From Patescibacteria group bacterium (GTDB taxonomy: Bacteria; Patescibacteriota; UBA1384; CAJBMM01), in contig JBAZWC010000002.1 of the NCBI GenBank assembly GCA_041660565.1, forward strand, positions 217,836 through 281,835: DNA of 64,000 nucleotides, read 5' to 3'. Positions 17,933 through 25,312 of the stretch are shown here, piece after piece. The number at the start of each line of letters is the position of its first letter. The first letter of the stretch is position 1. The position numbers and the translations under genes are program-made. The notes under the pieces are model-generated. The model was given only the letters and a program-made list of their open reading frames with translations. It ran no database searches and was not told the origin of the DNA.

Positions 17933-18724
17933 GTGTCTTATTTACAAGCAATCGTTTTAGGATTAGTACAAGGATTAGGTGAGTTTTTGCCTATTTCCAG
18001 CTCGGCTCACCTGGTATTGGTCCCGTATATTTTTGGCTGGACCGCACACACGGATATTTTTGATGTAGCTTTGCACTTGGGCACGCTTTTAGCGGTGGTG
18101 ATCTTTTTTGCCAAAGACATTTGGCGTTTGCTTAAAGCCGGTTTAACTCAGGGCATCAAAACTGTTGATGGCAAGCTATTCTGGCTGATTATGGTGGCTA
18201 CCGTGCCAGCCGGATTGATTGGCTATCAATTTGAAGGCTTTGTTGACGATAAGTTGCGTACCGCTTACTTGGCCATTGCACTGGCGATGGCAATTATGGG
18301 TGTTGTACTATGGCTTGTCGATAAATATGCATCCAAAAAACTGGATGAAAATAAACTAACGTGGGGACAATCAATTTTAATTGGTGTTTCGCAGGCGCTT
18401 GCGTTGTTACCAGGTGTGTCTCGATCTGGTGCCACTATGACCACCGGTTTATTGTTTGGTCTAACCCGAGAATCGGCTGCCCGTTTTTCATTTTTGATGT
18501 CGGTGCCCATTATTGCCGGCGCCGGATTACTTAAATTAACTAAATTGCATGCATCAGACGTTGATGGGCAATTTATCGTTGGAGTGGTTGTGGCGGCAGT
18601 AGTTGGCTATCTAAGCATTCGCTGGTTATTAAATTATTTGAACAAAGGTCGTTTTGATATTTTTGCTTGGTATCGGTTTGGCTTTGCCGCACTTGTGATC
18701 ATCCTTCTTGTCGTCAGACGGTAA
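17933..18724 (+). CDS. uppP: undecaprenyl-diphosphate phosphatase
   Basis: The BacA/UppP N-terminus is LQAIVLGLVQGLGEFLPISSSAHL. A GTG start at 17933 has SD GGAGG 6 nt upstream. The ORF-track start at 17885 is over-extended. Confidence 0.9.
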   Translation: MSYLQAIVLGLVQGLGEFLPISSSAHLVLVPYIFGWTAHTDIFDVALHLGTLLAVVIFFAKDIWRLLKAGLTQGIKTVDGKLFWLIMVATVPAGLIGYQFEGFVDDKLRTAYLAIALAMAIMGVVLWLVDKYASKKLDENKLTWGQSILIGVSQALALLPGVSRSGATMTTGLLFGLTRESAARFSFLMSVPIIAGAGLLKLTKLHASDVDGQFIVGVVVAAVVGYLSIRWLLNYLNKGRFDIFAWYRFGFAALVIILLVVRR

Positions 18725-18737
18725 CCAAGGGTATAAT

Positions 18738-18910
18738 TTCAAATTTTTAATTTTTAATTAGATGTTTAGCATCGAAATCACTCGCGGAACGCTCGAGATT
18801 ATCAAATGAAAAGTTGCCAATTTCTAAATGACTAAATAAAGAACCATTTAAAATTTAATCATTCGGTACTTATTCATTTAAAATTTAGCCTTTAAAATTT
18901 AAAATTCAAA
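18738..18910. repeat. family B, copy 2
   Basis: More than 90% identical to copy 1 by eye. It lies between uppP and dedA. Confidence 0.7.
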
Positions 18911-18921
18911 TCGGGGTCAAA

Positions 18922-19530
18922 ATGATAAACGTTTTAGTCAATTTTGTTACCAATGTCATTGGGCAAGTAGGATACGCCGGGGTTTTTGGCTTAATGCTAT
19001 TGGAGTCGGCGAACATTCCTATTCCGTCCGAGGCCATCATGCCGTTTGCGGGCTTTCTGGTGGCCCGTGGAGACCTTAACATCTGGTGGGTGGTACTAAT
19101 TGGCACCTTGGGTAATCTGGTGGGTTCTATGCTGTCCTACTGGGTTGGCGCTACCGGCGGGCGCACTCTAATTGATAAGTACGGCAAATACGTACGGCTT
19201 AACCATCATCACCTTGACCTGACCGAAAAATGGTTTGCCAAATATGGCGAATCGTCGGTCTTTTTTGGCCGCTGGATGCCGGTGGTTCGCACTTTTGTTT
19301 CTTTACCCGCTGGTTTAGCTAAAATGAACTTTACCAAATTCTCAATTTATACCTTCCTTGGTGCGCTGCCGTTCTGCTATCTGTTAACTTGGATAGGGTA
19401 TAAATTGGGGCAAAACTGGGAACAAATTCGTCCATACTTCCACTATTTGGATTTGCTGGTGCTTTTTGTAGTGATAATTTGGCTGCTAAATCTTTTGCTT
19501 AAAAAACGTACTAAACCTGTTGCCAATTAG
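18922..19530 (+). CDS. dedA: DedA/TVP38 family membrane protein
   Basis: DedA signature (GVFGLMLLESANIPIPSEAIMPFAGFLVARGDLN...GRWMPVVRTFVSLPAG). Confidence 0.8.
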   Translation: MINVLVNFVTNVIGQVGYAGVFGLMLLESANIPIPSEAIMPFAGFLVARGDLNIWWVVLIGTLGNLVGSMLSYWVGATGGRTLIDKYGKYVRLNHHHLDLTEKWFAKYGESSVFFGRWMPVVRTFVSLPAGLAKMNFTKFSIYTFLGALPFCYLLTWIGYKLGQNWEQIRPYFHYLDLLVLFVVIIWLLNLLLKKRTKPVAN

Positions 19531-19713
19531 TCTGATTGGATAAATTGGATTTTTTGGTGTGTGGAATTTTTTTGTCATATAGATTCCGGGTCGAGCCCGG
19601 AATGACAAACTCCAAAAACCAGTTGACGTGCTCTTATTTATATGACATACTGCGGCTAACACTCGGGGTACACTCAAGCGCCCCACTGACAACAGAATCC
19701 GGAGGGTGGAACG

Positions 19714-20133
19714 ATGCAAGCTAAGATCGTCCTGATCATCGTGATGGTCTTTCTGGTAGCCATTTGCGGCATGACTGCGCTGGACTACTCGCGTCACACC
19801 GGGGCGTCGTTGCTGGAGATCACAGTTACCGGCGCCGAGATTGAGTCGGTGGGCAATGGCGGTACCGCATCGTCTTTGTCCGCCGACAAGACGGTTGCGC
19901 ACATGGCTTTCGTCGGCGACAGGTGTGTTACCTCACTAGAGGTCAAGCCGAAGGATGACTTAACTACTGAATACCAAGTTCGGATAACGGTGATTGACCA
20001 GTCCGGGCGGAACTCGTCCAGCCGTGACTTCACCATGAAGCCCGAGGACGAAGGGTTCAACCTGGAGGTGCGGGTCTTTCCGCCTGAGCCCGGGCAGATC
20101 CGGATTGTGGTTGCCCCGCCTTCGATCGATTAG
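19714..20133 (+). CDS. GC-rich signal-anchored small secreted protein (hypothetical)
   Basis: 139 aa with an N-terminal hydrophobic anchor (IVLIIVMVFLVAICGMTAL). SD GGAGGG lies 8 nt upstream. The segment is about 60% GC. The stop region overlaps the over-extended ORF-track call of the peptidase. Confidence 0.45.
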   Translation: MQAKIVLIIVMVFLVAICGMTALDYSRHTGASLLEITVTGAEIESVGNGGTASSLSADKTVAHMAFVGDRCVTSLEVKPKDDLTTEYQVRITVIDQSGRNSSSRDFTMKPEDEGFNLEVRVFPPEPGQIRIVVAPPSID

Positions 20134-20203
20134 TGCGAGCAACGGGCTCGGGTGGCAATGCGCCGCCCGGGCCTATCTTTTTGCCCTTAAATCTGCTTTA
20201 ATT

Positions 20204-21469
20204 ATGTTAATGAAATACGAACTAAATACATTATCAAATGGCGTCAAAGTTTTACAGATCCCAGTCGCCGGCGTCAAATCTGTCACTGCTCTGGTGCTTT
20301 TTGGCGTTGGTTCGCGCTATGAAAATCAACCGATAAACGGTTTGTCACACTTTTTGGAACACTTATTTTTTAAGGGCTCCAAAAAACGCCCCACCGCCGA
20401 GCAGATTTCGATTGCGGTAGATGAAGTGGGCGGCGAAATGAACGCTTTTACCAGCAAAGAATACACCGGTTATTACATTAAAGCGGCATCGCAGTTTGGC
20501 GAGCTGGCGTTAGACGTTTTGTCTGATATGTTGCTTAACCCGCTGTTAAAAGAGGATGAAATCGATCGCGAACGTGGGGTGATTATCGAAGAAATTAAGA
20601 TGTACGAAGATCAGCCAATGATGTATGTGGGTGAGCTTTTCGAAAATCAACTTTTTGGCGATACCCCGCTAGGTTGGGACACTATTGGCACTCGCCAGAA
20701 CATTAAGGCGATGCAGAAAAAGCAGATTAACGATTATCGTCAAAACTTTTACACTGCGGATAATATGTTAGTGGTAGTGGCCGGTGATATCGCGCAAACT
20801 ACGCCGCATTTGGAAAAGTACTTTGCTCAGTTTTCCGGATCGCGCCATCAAAATTATCAGAAATGGGCGCTTGAATCGCGTTCAGCATATAAAATGCACG
20901 TCAAACCAACCGAACAGACACATTTGTGGCTAGGTTTTTTGGGCTTGCCTGCCAATCATCCCGACAAATACGTGTTAAAGGTGATTTCGGCCATTTTGGG
21001 TGGGGGGATGAGTTCGCGGTTGTTCCTCTCGGTGCGCGAGCGCCAAGGTTTGGCATATTATGTTCGTGCCGCATCTGAGCACTACCTAGACAGTGGTTAC
21101 TTGGTTGCCTCGGCCGGCGTAGCGACAGAAAAAGTGGAACAGGCAGTAAAGGCGATTTTGCTTGAGTTCCAAAAATTGCGCGATGAAAAAGTTAGCGCGA
21201 CCGAATTAAACAAGGTAAAACAATATCTTAAAGGTAAATTGTTGTTAAAAATTGAACAGACCGATGAGTTGGCTGGAATGCTTGGAATGCAACAGTTATT
21301 GCAGGGTGAAATTAAAACGCCTGAAGAGATAAATCAGTTAATCGACGCGGTGACATTGGATGATATTTCTCGCGTTGCCAAGCAAATTATCACACAGCAA
21401 AATCTTTGTGGCGCGTTTATCTCGTCTGAGGATTTCAGTAGTTGGCTAGACATTAATCTAAAAATATAA
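20204..21469 (+). CDS. M16-family (insulinase/pitrilysin-like) zinc peptidase
   Basis: HxxEH motif SHFLEHLFFKG and the M16 architecture. The plausible start MLMKYEL is at 20204. The ORF-track start at 20105 overlaps the upstream gene. Confidence 0.85.
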   Translation: MLMKYELNTLSNGVKVLQIPVAGVKSVTALVLFGVGSRYENQPINGLSHFLEHLFFKGSKKRPTAEQISIAVDEVGGEMNAFTSKEYTGYYIKAASQFGELALDVLSDMLLNPLLKEDEIDRERGVIIEEIKMYEDQPMMYVGELFENQLFGDTPLGWDTIGTRQNIKAMQKKQINDYRQNFYTADNMLVVVAGDIAQTTPHLEKYFAQFSGSRHQNYQKWALESRSAYKMHVKPTEQTHLWLGFLGLPANHPDKYVLKVISAILGGGMSSRLFLSVRERQGLAYYVRAASEHYLDSGYLVASAGVATEKVEQAVKAILLEFQKLRDEKVSATELNKVKQYLKGKLLLKIEQTDELAGMLGMQQLLQGEIKTPEEINQLIDAVTLDDISRVAKQIITQQNLCGAFISSEDFSSWLDINLKI

Positions 21470-21547
21470 CCAATTAATCCAATTAGATTTTATTATATAG
21501 ATTCCAAAGTCGAGCCCGGAATGACAAAAAAATATAAGGAGCAGAAT

Positions 21548-22141
21548 ATGCAACATCCAAAAGAAGAGCGAACGGTCGTTTTAGTAAAGCCCGATGGGGT
21601 TATGCGCGGTTTGGTGGGCGAGGTTTTAACTCGTTTTGAAAAACGCGGTTTGAAGATTTTAGGTTTGAAAATGGTATATCCGTCTCGTGAACACGCTGCG
21701 GCACACTATTCGGGCTCCGAAGAGTGGTTGCGTGGGATGGGCAATAAGACGCTTGAGGCGTTTGCCAAATATGGCATAGACGTAACTGCAGAAATGGGCA
21801 CTGCCGACGCATTGGAAATTGGTAAAAAGGTGCAGCAATGGAACGTTGACTACTTGGCAATGGGTCCGGTAGTGGCAATCGTTCTGCAGGGTATGCACGC
21901 TATCACCACCGTGCGCAAAATTGTGGGAAGTACTTTGCCGGTGTTAGCCGATCCTGGTACCATCAGGGGCGATTTTTCGGTTGATTCAAATGTTGCCGGC
22001 AATTTTGATAAGCGCGCGATTCACAATATCGTTCACGCCTCTGGTGATCCATCCGAAGCCGGGCACGAAATTGCGCACTGGTTCAAAGAGGAAGAACTAA
22101 TTAAATATTCTCGCGCCGACGAACAGATAATGTTTGGATAA
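21548..22141 (+). CDS. ndk: nucleoside diphosphate kinase (with an internal insertion of about 30 aa)
   Basis: VVLVKPDGVMRGLVGEVLTRFEKRGLKI and the NIVHASGDPSEAGHEIAHWF active-site region. The ATG at 21548 has SD AAGGAG upstream. The ORF-track start at 21521 is over-extended. Confidence 0.9.
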   Translation: MQHPKEERTVVLVKPDGVMRGLVGEVLTRFEKRGLKILGLKMVYPSREHAAAHYSGSEEWLRGMGNKTLEAFAKYGIDVTAEMGTADALEIGKKVQQWNVDYLAMGPVVAIVLQGMHAITTVRKIVGSTLPVLADPGTIRGDFSVDSNVAGNFDKRAIHNIVHASGDPSEAGHEIAHWFKEEELIKYSRADEQIMFG

Positions 22142-22184
22142 AAAAATAACCCAACGTGGGTTAAGACGTGTGATTAAAAAGAAG

Positions 22185-22215
22185 AACGGTCGGGCACAGA
22201 GTGCGCCCGACCGTT
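22185..22215. terminator. bidirectional hairpin terminator between ndk and the convergent GC-rich gene
   Basis: aacggtcgggcac-agagt-gcgcccgaccgtt forms a 12-13 bp GC-rich stem between convergent genes. Confidence 0.5.
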
Positions 22216-22250
22216 GTCGTGCTTGGTGCTAGAGAGGCCGGCACCCGGGG

Positions 22251-22751
22251 CTAGACCGTGTATGCCCGGTTGCCGCCGTGCAGCGGTTCGTGTCGCCCGA
22301 TGTTCGCGTTGACGTCGCTCAGGTAGAAGGTATGGTTTCCGCCGTTACAAGGTGCCCGCAGAGCGGGCGCGGGACGAACGCCGGATCTGGCTGTCGCGTA
22401 GATGCCGTGGCCGTCGATGGCCATGCTGTTCGTCGCGTTGATCGTCGCCCAATGGTTGTACGTGTCGCCGATGTTCACCTTGACGCCGTTGGCCGGCGGG
22501 CCGGTGTCGATCGCGTTGAGGCCGGTGACCGGGGCCGTGTCGAAGTCGCCCGTCGCCGTCGTGCAGATGTCAGTCGCTGTCCATAGATTGTACGTCGAAT
22601 CGGCCGTCGCCAAAGTCGTCAAGGTGACGACGGTCGGCGGCGAGCTGTCGACGGCGAACGCGGTGTCGTTCCGCACCGTTGCCGTAGCGGGCAACGTGAA
22701 CAGGACGAGCATCGCGAACACCGCCGTCACGAGAGCGAGCACATTCCTCAT
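22251..22751 (-). CDS. GC-rich secreted hypothetical protein (signal peptide; Thr/Asn/Gly-rich)
   Basis: 166 aa. The signal peptide is MRNVLALVTAVFAMLVLFTLPATA. A strong SD AAGGAGGG lies 8 nt upstream on the minus strand. The segment is about 65% GC. The plus-strand ORFs overlapping it are judged antisense artefacts. Confidence 0.5.
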   Translation of the reverse strand: MRNVLALVTAVFAMLVLFTLPATATVRNDTAFAVDSSPPTVVTLTTLATADSTYNLWTATDICTTATGDFDTAPVTGLNAIDTGPPANGVKVNIGDTYNHWATINATNSMAIDGHGIYATARSGVRPAPALRAPCNGGNHTFYLSDVNANIGRHEPLHGGNRAYTV

Positions 22752-22933
22752 GGGCTTGTCCCTCCTTGGGGTGGGGTGTTCGACTTGTCTTGTACTAGGA
22801 TATTTGCATTATAGCGCAAACGCTACAGTGTGTCAAGAGTTTTAAAGAGTGTTTTTGGAGGTAAAATTAGCAATTTAATGCTTACGCCGTGACGAAACGG
22901 AGATATTTGGATAAAAACATTCCCCCCGCGGCA

Positions 22934-23161
22934 TCATTTTGCCTCGGGGGTGGGGTTCGTAAACAGCTCTTGGTTGCAGTAGGCGCAGCGTGCTCTGCGG
23001 TCTTGTCTAGAGAGGTGGATTCGAGTGCCGTCGCGCAATTGAAGGTGATATCGCCGTGGCCCACAGTGACCGCATTTCGACATATTTGGGGCAATGGTGT
23101 AGAACTGATCCCAGAAACTCCTTTCTCTGACAATGATAATCTCTGGATCGATTTCAGGCAT
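22934..23161 (-). CDS. small zinc-ribbon protein (CxxC...CxxC), GC-rich
   Basis: 75 aa with CGHCG and CAYC motifs. SD GGAGG lies 7 nt upstream of the ATG. It is adjacent to the 22251-22751 gene in the same GC-rich island. Confidence 0.45.
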   Translation of the reverse strand: MPEIDPEIIIVRERSFWDQFYTIAPNMSKCGHCGPRRYHLQLRDGTRIHLSRQDRRARCAYCNQELFTNPTPEAK

Positions 23162-23271
23162 CCGATTTCCTCCGCGGAGTGGTCATTACTAAGTATAGAA
23201 TAGGACGATTTAGCAAATTGTCAAATTCCAATACAAAAATCCGGAAATTAATCCAAGGGAGATTATTTTAC

Positions 23272-23439
23272 CTGTCATCTCGACCCTGTGAGCGTTGTCG
23301 AACTGTTGGCTTCCTGCCCTCTTAGGGCGTAAGCCCGGAGGGAGAGATCCCGCCAGTAGCTAGATCAATACGGGATTTCTCCATCAAGCGGGCGGACATA
23401 TGAGTCCGCCCCTACACCAAGAGATTGTCGAAATGACAA
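23272..23439. repeat. family A element, copy 3 (GC-rich interior)
   Basis: Termini are CCTGTCATCTCGACCCTGTGAGCGTTGTCGAACTG and GTCGAAATGACAA. The interior retains GGAGAGATCCC...GGGATTTCTCC and carries a GGGCGGAC-atatga-GTCCGCCC hairpin. Confidence 0.55.
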
Positions 23440-23483
23440 TTACTGGGATTATGCCTAACTTTGAATTGTGTTATATTTGTTGT

Positions 23484-24611
23484 ATGAGTAACCTAGTTTG
23501 GCCGATTATTATTTCTACGCTAGTTAGCTTTGTGCTGACCTATTTGGTTAAGCAATATGCGTTAAAACACCATTTAGCCATGCCAATTCGTGCTCGCGAT
23601 GTCCACACCAAACAGATTCCGCGCCTTGGCGGCTTGGCAATTTTTGGCGCATTTTTAATTGTGGTGATAATTTATCAAGTTGCGAGCCAGAATAATTTTT
23701 CCGGTTTTGGCTTTCCGTTTGCCATTTTTGGCATTAGTATTGATAAACGATTGTTAGCGGTTCTGATTGCGTCTGTCGTTTTAGTCGCGACGATGGCTTA
23801 CGACGATATTAAAGGTCTAAAACCATATCAAAAATTATCGGCGCAGATTTTGGTGGCGTTAATCATTATTGCCGGCGGAATTGGCATCCGTTATATCAAT
23901 AATCCGTTTGGCGGGCTGGAATTTAGGCTTGACCAGTGGCAAATTCCCGTTCAAATTGGGGCAGCCACTTATCATTTTGTGGTGCTGGCTGATTTGCTTG
24001 CCGTGGCGTGGTTATTATTGTTGATGAATGTGGTTAATTTTAGTGATGGCGTGGATGGCCTAGCCGGCACTATGACTGCGATTGCGTTACTTGTGCTGAT
24101 GCTTTTAAGCTTACGCGACCCTGTTAATCAACCGGCCACCGCGTTGTTGTCATCGATTGGTTTTGGCGCAGTGCTCGGGTTTTTGTTTTGGAACTGGCCA
24201 CCTGCCAAAATTTTTATGGGAGACAGCGGGGCGATGTTTTTGGGGTTCCTAATTGGGGTGATTGGGCTGATTGCCGGTGGAAAGATTGCCACCATTTTAG
24301 TGGTTTTGGCCTTGCCAATATTGGATGCGCTGCTGGTGATTTTCACTCGCCTAATTCACGGTTATAACCCGCTTACTCATCCCGATCAGAGCCATTTGCA
24401 TCATCGATTTTTGCACGCAAACTTTTCGGCTCGCCAAACATTAACCGTGCTGGGTGTTTTTTGCGCCACCTTTGGCATAATCGCTTTGAAATATACCGGG
24501 TTGGTTAAAGCGGAAATGTTTGGTATAGCTGTAATCGCACTGGTGATTATAATCATCGCGTTGAGTGCAAAGAGCCGTAATGATAATTCGAAATTGTCAT
24601 CTGCCAATTAG
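23484..24611 (+). CDS. MraY/WecA-family polyprenyl-phosphate N-acetylhexosamine-1-phosphate transferase (glycosyltransferase family 4)
   Basis: Polytopic membrane protein with the family motifs (VVNFSDGVDGLAG, GDSGAMFLGF). The start MSNLVWPI is at 23484, downstream of the repeat element. The ORF-track start at 23400 translates the repeat. Confidence 0.75.
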   Translation: MSNLVWPIIISTLVSFVLTYLVKQYALKHHLAMPIRARDVHTKQIPRLGGLAIFGAFLIVVIIYQVASQNNFSGFGFPFAIFGISIDKRLLAVLIASVVLVATMAYDDIKGLKPYQKLSAQILVALIIIAGGIGIRYINNPFGGLEFRLDQWQIPVQIGAATYHFVVLADLLAVAWLLLLMNVVNFSDGVDGLAGTMTAIALLVLMLLSLRDPVNQPATALLSSIGFGAVLGFLFWNWPPAKIFMGDSGAMFLGFLIGVIGLIAGGKIATILVVLALPILDALLVIFTRLIHGYNPLTHPDQSHLHHRFLHANFSARQTLTVLGVFCATFGIIALKYTGLVKAEMFGIAVIALVIIIIALSAKSRNDNSKLSSAN

Positions 24612-24671
24612 TCCAATTGGGGGACGACTGTGGGACGTGGATATTTTTTTGATCTGTGCTAAGCTGATAGT

Positions 24672-25178
24672 ATGTTAGACATTCATTTTGATGGACAGCA
24701 AAAGGACGAAGAAGTGGTGGCGATGTTTCATCGTAGTATTTGGGTTTATTTTAAGTGGATCGTAGCTATTATCATCTGCCTGATGTTCTCAATTGTTGTA
24801 CTGATTTTAAGTAATTTCCATACTCCGGGATTGTATATCGCCGGTTTGCTATTTTTTGCTGTGGTTTATCTGATTGTTCGGACATGGTACATTTGGTCGA
24901 ACAATTTATTCATCGTTACTAATATGCGGGTGATTGGTCTGGTGCAAAACAGTGTTTTTGAGCGTCAGCTAAAAGAATCTTACCTTGATAGTATTTGTCA
25001 GGTGACGGCGGTGGTTAAGGGTGTGATGCCGAATATGTTTGGCTATGGGCAAGTGCTGGTGCAAACAGAGGAAGTGATGATTTTGGAAGGAATAGAGACG
25101 CCGTTTGATGCCAAACATGCTATTTTTATGGCTATTGATCAATCAAAAAGAGCTAACCCGAATCTTAAAAGAGACTAG
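24672..25178 (+). CDS. membrane protein with a bacterial PH-like (bPH/YdbT-like) domain
   Basis: Two TM helices precede a domain resembling bPH_2 (VTNMRVIGLVQNSVFERQLKESYLDSI). Confidence 0.4.
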   Translation: MLDIHFDGQQKDEEVVAMFHRSIWVYFKWIVAIIICLMFSIVVLILSNFHTPGLYIAGLLFFAVVYLIVRTWYIWSNNLFIVTNMRVIGLVQNSVFERQLKESYLDSICQVTAVVKGVMPNMFGYGQVLVQTEEVMILEGIETPFDAKHAIFMAIDQSKRANPNLKRD

Positions 25179-25184
25179 GAAACG

Positions 25185-25312
25185 AATTTTTAATTTTTAA
25201 TTTTTAATTTCAAATGAAAGGAAGCCAATTTTTAAATGACTAAATAAGGAACCATTTAAAATTTAATCATTCGGTACTTATTCATTTAAAATTTAGCCTT
25301 TAAAATTTATAA
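25185..25312. repeat. family B, copy 3 (lacks the roughly 45-bp GCATCGAAATCACTCGCGG...GAGATTATC module)
   Basis: It abuts the dnaE stop codon and is convergent with the bPH-membrane gene. Confidence 0.65.

Noticed and set aside
22278-22845. Plus-strand ORFs (102 and 147 aa) covering the GC-rich island
   Set aside because: They are antisense to a minus-strand ORF that has a perfect SD (AAGGAGGG) and a signal peptide. High GC suppresses stops in all frames. They have no SD.
12425-25312. Possibility that the dispersed repeats (families A and B) form a CRISPR array
   Set aside because: The copies are tens of kb apart. They are not regularly spaced with unique spacers. They are long (150-170 bp) and internally palindromic. 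No cas genes are present.
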